Of a stretch of DNA of 64,000 nucleotides, positions 35,703 through 47,800 are shown one piece after another. Source of the DNA: Raillietiella orientalis. Taxonomy: Eukaryota. Numbering within the stretch: position 1 is the stretch's first letter; every line of letters starts with the position of its first letter. The notes under the pieces are model-generated. The model was not told where the DNA came from and searched no databases. It was given only the letters and a program-made list of their open reading frames with translations. A program made the translations under genes and the position numbers. The stretch lies in assembly GCA_036172245.1 (NCBI GenBank), contig JAYWIR010000079.1, positions 62,001-126,000 of the forward strand, written 5' to 3'.

Positions 35703-38700
35703 AAGAAAAGAAAAGAAAAAAAAGGAAAGCGAGGAAGGGAATCCCCATTTGCATGGAAGAAGAAGGCCTGCTTGTAGTCGCACTATGTAATGTGAAGTGG
35801 CCATGCGTGGATATAATTCTGTCAATTAATCGATTTCGTACGTCGATTTGTCTTGCGTGCTGAATCTGCCAATCTGCCTCTGGTTCGTTGACTTGTTGTT
35901 TCGATACTCTTTACAAGGAAAATAATAGGCCTCGTTGAAGACCTGCGTTGGCCTACCAGGTCTTAAAGTAACAGCAGTTATTGTGTGATGCTGCCTTGTA
36001 GGAGTTGGCAAAAGTCCCATCTATCACACAAACATGCACGTAACGCAGCTTCATTTTCAGATAACGATTGCCAAACGATTTTGCTATGCATTCTAAAAAG
36101 GAACAAGAAAAAGTTTCCGTTTAAAACGGCCGGGTCTCTAATTCATCTAATTCATGGTATGCTTCAGCGAAAATTTGATCCAAATGAATAGATGCAGCAT
36201 CAAAAATTTACGAATGATAAATTATTGTAAGCTTTCTGCAGAGTGTGCGTGTTTTCTTTTTGGAGCTGTATAGAGTAAGCTAGATAAAAATGAACAAGTG
36301 CGAAAAGTTTCTCCTGTGCTTATGTTTCCATTCATTCCAGTCTTCCTTGCGGAACATGAAAAATGAAATGCAATGAAAAAAGGCGACCGCAATTTTTTGT
36401 TTTTTTTGTTTTAAAAAAAAAATGGTTTTCCTTTCTTGCTTGCGTTCTCTTTGCCACACCTGCACCGTCGTTGCGAATCTTCATGTGGCCGTTTTATAGC
36501 ACGCTTTCAGCTCGAACCCATATTAGTTCACATGGATCGAAAAGAAATGCAGCCACCCCTGAAAGGATCTCGAGACTTGGGAGGAAAACAACGGTTTACG
36601 AACGACAGTAAGCTTATTCTAATTTGCTTCCTACGTAGGGCAATAGCTCTGGTTTTCCTTAGTGACTTCAAAGCGGATAGTGGTGCATGCAATAGTGTCA
36701 TGACTGTACAGTATGCAAAGTAAACACCCATGAAAAACATTTCTTGCATGTTTATTCCTATGTTTATGTTTGTGTGTGTGTGTGTGTTTTTTTCAATCAG
36801 ATCCTTGGAGAGCATGTCAAGTTTGTGGTAAAAAAAAAAAAACAGTAAACAGACCTCGAAATTAACCGGAATCCTCCTCTTTCATTCCTATTCATCACTC
36901 AACACTTTTACCATTTGCCTATTGAAAGTGAAATAATGAGGCATGAAAATCTGGAGACTGACAATTCAGCCTCACAAGAAATTCAACTCTTAACTTGTGA
37001 ATGGAACGACAGGAACGTTTCGCCACTCGTGAAAACATTGCGATTGATGTGTTTTTATCTTTGAATGCAGTGTGTTTTTTTTTTTTTCATGTAGAAAACG
37101 TAGTGTTTGGTGTGTGGGGGGGGGGGATGCATAATAAAAATCGTGTGTGGCACACCAGATGGCCAGACGGGAGGGTTGTAGTTTGTGTGTGACTGGATAA
37201 CAAAAGTTTGCCAACGTTAACGTGCATGCCTAACCAAACCTACCAAATCCAAATACATAATTAAATTCTGGCAGCCATGGATTTCGATGGCTGCTAATGA
37301 GAAAGGATTGTATTGCATTCGTTTCCAGAATCCTAAGCATGTGGATTTTTTAAAATTTCGACTAACATTTGGCCGTCGATAAAATTCGATTCACACGGTT
37401 TCACACAGGAGGTTCACGAGTACTTTTTATCGGAATGTTTAACATCATGTAATATCTGCTTTCGTATGTTGCTGTTTTCAAGTACTTTCATCTATCTATA
37501 AACTGCCTTGAAAAAAAAAAAAAGCAACAACAAAAAATTCTGCTGATTTCGTTTCCTTTGGCCGTTTTCCGGTTTCGCATTGAATCGTACCAAGCCACTT
37601 ACTGCCGTGATATGTAAACATGCGGTCATAGTAATTGCATATGTATGAAAAGCAGGAATTCATTCGGAAGGCCGACCTTTGATTTGTTTGGCTAATACTT
37701 TTAAGAAATAAAGGCACACTTGCACGGATCGAATTGTGCAATATCTGTATTGCGCAGCATTACTCTGTGCAAATCTAGAACTCCTGATCCTTTTCCACCC
37801 CTTCTTCCATCTGTGAATTCATCTCGACGCACAGACGGAAACGGAACAAAAATTTGCGGTCCTAGAGGGCGTAGGGAGCAGACATCCATTTTGTTCTCAC
37901 CAGCACAATGTTATGTACGCAGCCGTCTTGGGTCCATGTCGGTAAAGATTTGTTCCGAATCTTCAACGGTGGCCACTGAGAAGTGTACAACCGAATGTAA
38001 AGATACGTGGAGCTGTATGCATCGAATGCTTCATTTTTAACCCTACCAATGCTGTTTCAACCGGTGACACCTGGATGCCCCTGTGGACTCGGAAGATGAG
38101 AAACTACATTTAAGCTCAGAACGAAGGAAATGAATTTAGATCGAATAGAATCAGCATTTCACTATTAACGCTCGGTGTGAAGCATCATCTCTCATTCAAA
38201 TGCAATAAAGGTCCTGTTTTTTTTTTTTTTTTTTTTTTGAAAAAAAAGAAAGAAAGAAAAAGAACAAAAGAAAGGAGAAAGAGAAAATAAAGTGGAGAGG
38301 CTGTTTCCCTGCATGTACCAGTCTGATACCTACCGTTGTGAAAGGATTCAGGACTGTTCTTTTAATCCATTATCCAAAGTTGATGTTATGCTAATGTCAG
38401 CCATTTGCTAATAGACGGGTACAAGATAGCGGAAATCTTCAATCATCTGTTAGTCAGAAGAAGCAAAGTCATTATGCAGCATTGAAACCTTACCCATTTA
38501 AATTCAATCTCAACTAGGTTCGTGCATTTCATCTCAGTACTCAATACTTAGGTATTCAGCGTTTGGTCTTTTCCCATGCCTTTTGGTATGTTGATGCAAA
38601 ATACAGAACCGGACATATTCAACGTTGCTTGTCTTGCGAAACTGTCCCGGGGATTTAGTATGATTTCAATTCAAGCACGAGGTATTATTTGGGAATTTGT

Positions 38701-41700
38701 CTTGATTATTTTTAAATGTCAGTAAACCTTGGACGGCCTAAAACAGTTTTCTCTGTGTGAATTACGGCCTTCTGGGCGAGCGGCTTGTTCTTTGAAAGTG
38801 CAAGGTATTCTTCTGGCTACCTTATGTACAGTGGGAACGCCTCCATTCCACCGAAACAGGCGCTCTCGTGGCTTAGTGTCTCGATGTCTCCCTTCAACTC
38901 GATATAATTATGATGTGTGGAGCATTACTTACTCTTCAGTCATCAGCGAAATGTCCAGTTTTTCACCATGGAAAATTTCCAAGCTAGAATCATCAAAACT
39001 CCTATGTATTTTACACTGAAGGCTTGTGCGGAAACTAGTCTCTTTTATTTTATTTTTTTTTTCAAGAAATTAAGTTTCTAGTATTAATGACTTCAAGACC
39101 TTTGAATTAGTACTGCGAAGCAGAATAACAAAGATACTGCACTCAAAGAGAAATCCGGATTGTGGAAAAGAAGGGCAGAACGTCACGGCCATGAGTACAT
39201 GGTTCTGAAAGATGCAGTCACAGTAGGTGCAGATAGAATTTACGTAGAACTTTTGTCAACCGCTAGGATAGCTTCAGAATCAGATTTGATTACATTTGAA
39301 ATACATTAGTGTATCGAAATTTAAGTGGTTGGAGACCTGTTTATGTCAGAATTTGTCACTTTTTTGACCATTAACAGTCTCCACGGGCGTTATAGCAAGA
39401 ACACCTCTTAAGCTTATCGTGTGAAGGTTCTCTGAATGACACTTAGGATGCCGAAACCCTTCAGCTTCGGATGCTCATGAAAAGAGATTATGGAAGTCCA
39501 TCGGAAAGAGCAATAAGGGTTTTTCCTCCTCTTGTGAGACCACACTTCTGCTAAACTTGTTCCTTTGACGATGCGATGAAGATCTTCACCTGGGAAAGAA
39601 ACAACATTAGCAGTCTATGAGTGGTTCCACAATCACTTGATAAATTGCAGGCCGGAATTCAGCTCATCCACGCATATTGAACATCGGTGGAGTTTTGTAC
39701 TTTTTTTTTTTCCTCGCGAAGCAGGCAGTTCACCACCTATTTGCAGCTTATAAATGAACAAAAGGTCAAAAATGTCGCATACGAAAGCATAAAATCAAAC
39801 ATTTCTAGTAGTGGATAAAAATTTGAAATGCGTCCTCGTGAAATGGGAAGAGCTGAAAAAGGCAATTTTCCATTCGTGGAGAGTTAGAAGCATCTTCTAT
39901 GGTTCCTTTGTTCCCAAGGTAGCACCAGCATCTGCGATGCCACGGATGCTTGTGTTAACGATCTGCTATCGAAGATCTAAAATATTCCTGTGGAACTTGA
40001 CGAATCCAGTTGCTTCATTTTTTTAGTTTCTTGCAAAGATGTCTGGAAAATGTTCTTAACTTTTGAGAAGTGAGACACCATACAAATAATTAGGCAAGTT
40101 TCAGCTCAAAAGTAGACAGATTTAACCATAATTGAGCAAAACAATAATTAGAGAGAGAATTTCTTAGTCAAGTCTCCGGAAAAGCTTTCAGGAATGCCAA
40201 ACTTCTGAGTTTTACTCAGCCTGCAAAACAAATTTCAGTACCATCAAAAAAAGCCCATATCTTGTCAATTGGAAAACTTGCAGAAAAAAAAAAAGACAGA
40301 AAGAAAGAAGAAGTTAATAGTATCTCTTCATGTCAATTAATTAGTACAATAAAGCAAGTAATGCAGGCAAATACTGATCTTTCAATGTAGTAGTTTATGT
40401 AACATATTTCTGGGGTCAAAGAAAGGAAAGATACTTAGGTTCTGAGTGATTAGTGTACAGGTTTATAAGCAGTCCTTTTGAAATCGTTGTGCTAATGCTC
40501 AAATGTACATCTCAGTAATTATGCTACATGTCTTTGTAATTATGGGAAGGAAAATGACACGTGTCCTATTTAAATTCATACAAAAATCGCATTTTTCTCA
40601 ATTTATGGAGTACAATTTTGTAAAGTGAGTGGATTTGCAAAATCTGCTAAACATATGTATTTATAATCGACGAAAAAAAAAAAAAAAAAAGAGGGGGGTG
40701 GGGATGGGTGGGGGTGGAACACACAAAAAAAAAACCTTGTTCTTTTATGAAGTATTAGTTTGGCTTCTCTGGAATCAGGTCATCCCAGTCTCGATTTGTG
40801 AAGAGCATACAGGAGTCATCAATGATTGCTCTGGGAATAAATCGTGTAAGCAAATAGGTTGCGTGTAGCCGAAATTGTCTGTTTGATTGAGGTTCATTAT
40901 AATCCATGTAAAACCACCTTTGTGGGTTCGCCAAACATTGAATATCTTCTTAAAATAATAATGGATTTGTGAATAGCACTCATACTCTTAGCATTCATTA
41001 GTAGAATTTTCCAAGAAATTGCATGTTTCAATTAAAATGAAAACTGCATTCAAAACCTTATTTTGCCTGTCCCTAAGAAAAACCAATGAATGATGCATTG
41101 CTTTTTCAATTCGTACGTTTGAAATTTGTATTCCCGCACTGTACATTAAGTATGTAATAAACTGTTGTTATCAATATGTTATAAATTGCAATTTGCCTAA
41201 AGGGCAAACCAATTTTCATGTACGCCCATTCTTTCATATTCTTCAAACACAAAAACGCCATGGAGTGTCTACGAACAAACACAACTATAGTTTCAAAGTT
41301 TGAATGTATAGACGGAGTTTTGGGTTCATAGTACTCAAAAATTCCACGTAGCAAAATGAGATGAGACTATCAGAGTTTCCTTTCTGTTATCAGCTCAAAC
41401 AGTCATTTTTTTCTCCATAAAAACATAAAATAAGAATAATTCTGTAATATTCACTGCTTTGCATTTTTTCCACCCGGAGGTTTTGTTGCAAATGATGGTA
41501 TGATGGTTGAATAGGAAGAGAGAAAGACACCTCGACTTCACAGCATTTGATATCTGTGTATTGCTTTCAGCAAAGTGTCAAAACTTACTCTTTGAGTGGG
41601 GTTCATTTGTATCCATGAGGTGAAAAAAAAAACAGATACTTGCTAGCTTGTTTTGATTTTTATTTTTCATCGATTGCTTGTATCTGGTATTTGAGAGAGA

Positions 41701-43112
41701 GTGAAAGAGAAGAAAATTACGTTCATGTCGTTTCTCAGGTTGCCGAAGATCCCCAAGAGAACGTATGTTGGGGGTTTTCTTTCACGTTCAGGTATTCCAT
41801 TTCAATTCAGTCATTTCGATTCCTCTCTGGAATCCTCGACTTCACTTCTGCTGAACAGTTTAGGGCTTATGTGGAGTAACAGTCTTTAGCGTAAAATTTT
41901 ATTTGTACGTCGATGCCAAAAAAAGCAAATTCAGAATTCAATTCATAGTGCATATTCACATTGTATTGCAATTGTTTTTTTTTTTTTTCGTCGCTAATGA
42001 CATCCATGTATTGTTTTTGTGATTTCCTATGGCTTGTTAAAAGATTTCTGGAAGCTTACACAGCGGATATACTTAATGTACAAGCTTTCAACGATTTATG
42101 GAGTTTGTCACTTTAATTTTTATTGCCAAGGTTTCTCCAGAGAGAAATAAGCAGTCGGAATGCTTATCATCTAACAGTACATGCAGCTTCCAGTCGCTCA
42201 CACCTACATGAAATTTTTTCCCGAAGAAAGGATGGCTTCAGTCCGAACATCCGATAAAATAGTACACTTTTTCTTTCCAAATCAATAAACTTCATACAAA
42301 ACCCAAGAGTCTTTTACTGAGTCAAAAAAATTGTTGTTGCACGATTAGGTTGACCTTAATAGGTATTGGGTAGTAATTGTGAGAAAACATCATATAGTCA
42401 GATTGTGATCTTGTAATGCAAAAAGGTTTGTGATTTGCGAACCAACTCACAACCCAATCGTGTGGTATATTGCTTTGCATTACGTCAAACGTGGCGGTTG
42501 TCCACTCATCTAATTCCGTTTTCGTACTTCGGTACGTACAGTTTTCTTAGCAGTAATACGAATTCCATTTTCATTTCAAAAAAATGGCAGTCGTTTATGA
42601 TGATCATTTGGAAACATGATTTCGAACTCTCCCCAGTTCGGGACAGCGTTTCGGGTTTTATTGCACCCCATCCCAGCTTGTCCGGAAAGAAATCTGTCCA
42701 CGTGAGCTTCAGTTTTATTCAGTGAAAGCATCACTCTGAGAGGAATAAATCATCAGTTGCATTCTAGATCACTCAGATGTACCGTTTCCTTTTATGCAAA
42801 AGAAAAAATAAGAAACATTCCGAATGGCTTGTAAACTTGTTAGGTGTGCACAAAATACTGCCGCAGTCTTATACAACAGTAACCAGTAATCTAATGCACG
42901 TATCTTTGTACAAAGTTTTCTGTGTACCTTTCAAAAGAATGTGTCACTCGATTTGTGTAGGAGTATATTCAGTTGCGGGGTCCATAGTTTAGAAACAAAG
43001 GAAAAAAAAAAAAAAGTCTGCGATAATCATAAACAGTCGTCCACTTGCTACATATCTGGTGTGATAGTGGACACGGTGTGATGGTTCTCTTCAAATCAAG
43101 AGATTCGCAATA

Positions 43113-43822
43113 CAGGTAATCCTTGTATAACGCGGAGGTCAGGTTCCAAAAATATCGCGTGTTATAGAAATCGCGTTATATACAGGTTCAGGTTTTATAC
43201 AAAGTATAGAGTTGTTATGTTCCGTAGTTTTTTTTTTTTTTTTTCAATTATAAAAACAACAATGACATAAAAAAATATATTTTATTCGTTCAAGAATTCA
43301 TGTATACATAGCATAAGATTATTAAAATTGGGACTTGTACATAAATGTCATTGTACATAATGCATACATTGCAAAATTAAAGAAATGAATATTGTCATCA
43401 TCATCATCATCACTGTGTTCAGAAAAAGCATTTCGTAGATGTTCTTTGTTTACCGCATCATTTGTGTAATTCTCACTGGATGCTTCAGCTGGTTTTCTTA
43501 CCAAAAAGTCGGTAATAAGACCTTGCTTGCCCCTTGGCAGCAATTTTAAATTGAGTTCATAATGTGGAGCCAAATTCGGTTGTCTTTTGAATTTTCCCTA
43601 GCTCTCGGTTGAGGGATCATTATCCGTAAAATAACTTTCTAACTTTTGTGCCAAATTCAATCCTTCTGCTAATTTCTTTAAACTCTTTAACGGACTCGGC
43701 CCAACCAGAATCTTCAGTAGAACTTTCCTCACCATTTGTTTGCCATCTTCTATTAATTGAACCAGTTCGTAGATATTTGTAGACCGCGTCGTATAAGCAC
43801 GGCATTATACGAGGGTCACCTG
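43113..43822 (-). mobile_element. Internally deleted pogo/Tigger-like (Tc1/mariner superfamily) DNA transposon, ~710 bp
   Basis: Left TIR CAGGTAATCCTTGTATAACGCGG is preceded by TA. The right TIR (reverse complement) is CAGGTGACCCTCGTATAATGCCG, 18/23 identical, with a TT flank (possibly a mutated TA). Subterminal CGCGTTATA-type repeats are present. A minus-strand remnant (NLAPHYELNLK...KQGLITDFL...SDDDDDD) resembles pogo/Tigger transposase C-termini. Confidence 0.75.
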
Positions 43823-44872
43823 TTTTTCCTTTACCGACCGGAAAAAGGTCGGGTGGGAATCAAAGCAATCGAACCTTAAGTCAAGTGATCTACCGATCTC
43901 TATCTGCTCCTAGAAATTTTACACCAAGAATGCTTTCCACTCCAGTGCGGGGATGTCAAAAAGTGGTTCATCTTGCTCAAACACGATATCCGTTTGTAGC
44001 AGTTCTTGAAGCTTGCTTGTGCAGCAGAGGTGGTTGCAAAGTCGCAACCCACATTTCAGACACTGAGACGAAAAAGAAAGATCTAGTCATGTGCTTAAGC
44101 AACAGGTCGAGAGACGCGTTTAAAACTCTGCTTGAATCGGCAGTTGACTTGCTCGTATAGGTCAAACGTTGGATCATCCGAACAAATCACCTGCTGTAAA
44201 AAATTCTCTGTTTTCTTCTGCTATCTGATGCGTGTACTGGAAAGAGCATCTTTTTGGTATTTCACTTTGCCTATATACAATTTAAGATGCCCGTCAGGCT
44301 CCTCAATGATGCTCAAGTGGGGTATCTGCAGCTCCCATGATACACAGAGGTTAGATTTCCTGGGACTATACTAGTAAGGTTTTCTGATTCTGACATGAGT
44401 TCGGCAAACTGGGCTTCAAATCCTACTAAGCCTTGCGGTCCTCCAAGCACCATTCATCCCTTTGCGAGCCTGTGGCAACGGGTAGCTTGTGGTCCATTGT
44501 TTGATCTCGCCTCGTGGAGCCACCGTCTGTGCATCGTGCTCGAAGTTTCACTGCATACGAATTATATCATGTGTGTTAATTTGAAGCTGGTTGCAACTGG
44601 ACCTTTTTTTGTTAGCAGAGGAAAAGCTCCTTCTTCTTTTTTCTTTGGTACACTTGTAAGACCACTTGCAAGTAGCTACCGTCTTCCCCAAACAGTTCCG
44701 CTCCGTGAGATTATTCTCTGTACACTTCGTTCTGTAGTGTAAGTTTCTGATATTTTTTAGATTTCGTTTGTTAAGCTTAATCGGTTCCTCTGATGTGTTG
44801 CAATATCGGAAATGAACAGAATTTTGTAACTGTAATCAGTATTGTGTTTGCTTACTGTTCTGTGTTTTGTAG

Positions 44873-47800
44873 ATGATGGAGTTTATTTTTCTTAACGGAC
44901 TGTTTCCTGCGTTGTTATTACTTACTTCAGATGTACAGAGAAAAGCAGTTAGTACCTTGTCGGAAGGACAGTCAAGTAACTTGTTCATTCAAGGAGTGAA
45001 TGGATTTGAAAGAGGACAACACCAGTTACGGGATACTATCACTAAGAGTCCAAAGCATTCTTTGTCCAAGAAAAATGTTAACAAAGAAAAAGGCACTGAA
45101 ATGCTTTCAAAACCCAATATTATCTTAATCATAACCGACGATCAAGATGTAGAACTAGGTAAGACAAATGCATTTTGTGATCTATATAGTTAGAATGCCA
45201 TTTTATCTTGACGATTCCTTGCATTTTATGAAGAGTATGCTCCATTTATAGCGGAGACTCATATGCGCTATTCTTCATTCTTTCTTTGATTAACATCCCC
45301 TTTTTTCTTGGCTTCTGCTTCTTGGCTCATGACAATTATAGCATGATGGAAGTCAAGTAAAACCTCTTCGTTGCAAACCACCATTATAATCGTTATCAAA
45401 ACATCACTGCCCATGAGTATCGGAATAATCGTGATTTCTCTGTCGCAGAGTTCAATCTCTAAAGTTGAAAAAAAAAAAAAAAAAAAAATGCCATAAGGAT
45501 TTGCAAATCGAAACATTCGAATGCATCGTTGCCTATCATGTGCAGCAATTTTCTTTCCCCATGCACTTGACGATCTTCGAGTGTTTGTAAAAATAAAAAA
45601 AAGTGAAAGTTTTCTTATTAAAAAGATTTAGACAGAGTTTTGCAGTGCTGGATGTATTTGGTCAGTTGGTATGCCAGAAGATATTCGTAATCAAATTACA
45701 TCAAACTCTAATTCTGTATTCCTGTGGTCGAACAGTGGTTTACCTAATAACGGCAATTCAGGGAAAAGAAGGTTGGAGGAATCTTGAAAGATCTGAGCAG
45801 TGAAGTCGGTGAATGTTCTGTAAGATTGTGTCACACAAAAAGCATCCATCATAAGCGATTTACATCAGTATAGAAAAGTCTTCAGAATCATTAATGAAGG
45901 TTGTAGAAAGCAGTATTCTTAGATGTCATTCTGGTCGGCATAAGAAATACAATCATTATTCCGGTCATAGTATTCTCTAAGTCTCTAAGTCTGCTGTGCT
46001 TCTGGTGTCTGTGTACAATTTTGAGGTTGCACTCTTGTGTATCGCCGCGGAGGAACTCTTACCAGAATCCGAACACATCGCAGTACAATACTCTTGTCGA
46101 AGAGGCAAGAAAGAAAAGCCAAGAAAAGTTTGTTGCTTCATGGAAGAAGGGTATTAAATGATGTTCGTTCACTGAATAAGTCAAAAGTTATGGCATACTT
46201 TTTACCGAAGCATATGTGGTTTGTGGTTTGAAATAAAAAAAAAAAAAAAAAAAAAAGTTCAATGGAAATTCTCGTATCATGAGCTTGCCATACTCATCTC
46301 CTTTAGTTGCATTCTATTTTGTTTTCAGATCCTAATACCGTAAGTTTTCCTGATTTTTGTTGTATTGGTCAAGTCTATTCTATAAACAGTGGGTGCGCAA
46401 TATTTCAATTCTGTGATATTTTCTTTAATTTTTTAGTTTTCTGTTCTTAAACGAATGTGCTTCTTGTATTTCTGATATTTGTTTACTATCAGATATATAT
46501 TTTATTGTTAAGGCATGAATTTAATTCTGTTCTGCCTAAATAGATTTCGATAGCACCCAGTGCATCCAATTATTTTCTTTCTTGTCATTAAACTGGTTTA
46601 GTAGTAACTGGTATAAAGACCTGAGACATTTCAAATGTTATTTTTAGGATCACTGAATTTTATGCCTAAACTGCAGAAATCATTGCAGAACGAAGGAGCC
46701 TTTTTTCCCAATGCATACGTCACGACTCCGACGTGCTGCCCATCTCGAAGTTCGATTCTGACGGGCATGTATGTGCACAATCACAACGTCCATTCCAACA
46801 ACGAGAACTGCACAAGCCCTTTCTGGAGAGCTACCCACGAAACTAAAACATTCGCCACGTATTTGCAAGATGCAGGATACAGAACAGGTTAGATAGCATC
46901 AGCACCTCCACCCGTCTTCCCCGATTGCGGGTCTTCTGCGTAATGGTCTGGTTCCACGAGCCTTACTTCCTGCTTCCTTAAATTTGGACATGCATTCGCT
47001 GAATTCGGCGTTGAATTTTGATTCAGCGTCGTCAGTAATCTGTGTTCGGATACGGTATCGCATTTGCATAATGCCCATGTCCACGTTTTCGGTTTGCTTC
47101 CCAAATGAAGCTTCACTGTTGGCATCGTCAGCAATCAGTGGTTTGATGTTTCCAAAGACATCGATGGCTGATCTCGAAACGTATTTGACGGTAAGAAAGC
47201 CGAAGATGCACGCTCATCTTGACAGCGCGCGGTTTTTATGAGAATTCCGCGCTTTTCATTCAGGGAACGTCTTCGAGACGGAGCCAATTTTGCTCTAGTC
47301 TTGTAACCGGGAAGCTCATTTTAAAGATCAAGTTAAAGTTTGTGCGGCTTCCGTAGAACAAGTGAACAGCTTCCATGCTGTTGAAATTCCGTTTTTATCT
47401 TCCGCAGCAAGCGGCTCGTTCCTGTGTTCAGATTCATAAACTAAAGTGTATGAAATGAATAAAGGAAATGATCTTTCCTGCCGCAGATTTTATATTTCAT
47501 CGTCTGTTTCTGGAAGTATGAATCGCAGTACTTTATCTTGGATCCAGTTTTAATTTCTGATTTCATAACGTGTGTTTCAGTTATTCTTGTGAACTTTACT
47601 ACATTTTTTTTCCCCCTTTTTTATCGCGCATTTGTCAACTTCGCAGTTTCATGTTCCCGTTCGTCGTGTTTTTACTGTCTTTTGGGAAAATGCGTTCTTG
47701 TATTAATGGTCACAACGAAGTACCCAGATGTATGAACTGGACTTTGTTTTCAGTGAGCATTCTTTCGAAACGTCGTTTGGCCACATGGAAGATCATCCAG

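Noticed and set aside
35554..35863. ORFs with ERERER / LSLSLS runs
   Set aside because: Translations of the (GA)n microsatellite
39421..39465. Hammerhead-like CTGAATGA...CGAAAC
   Set aside because: Extra base in the core and no stem I
43885..44742. Protein-like fragments next to the pogo element
   Set aside because: Multiple stops in the minus-strand frames examined and no recognisable motif; probably a decayed repeat
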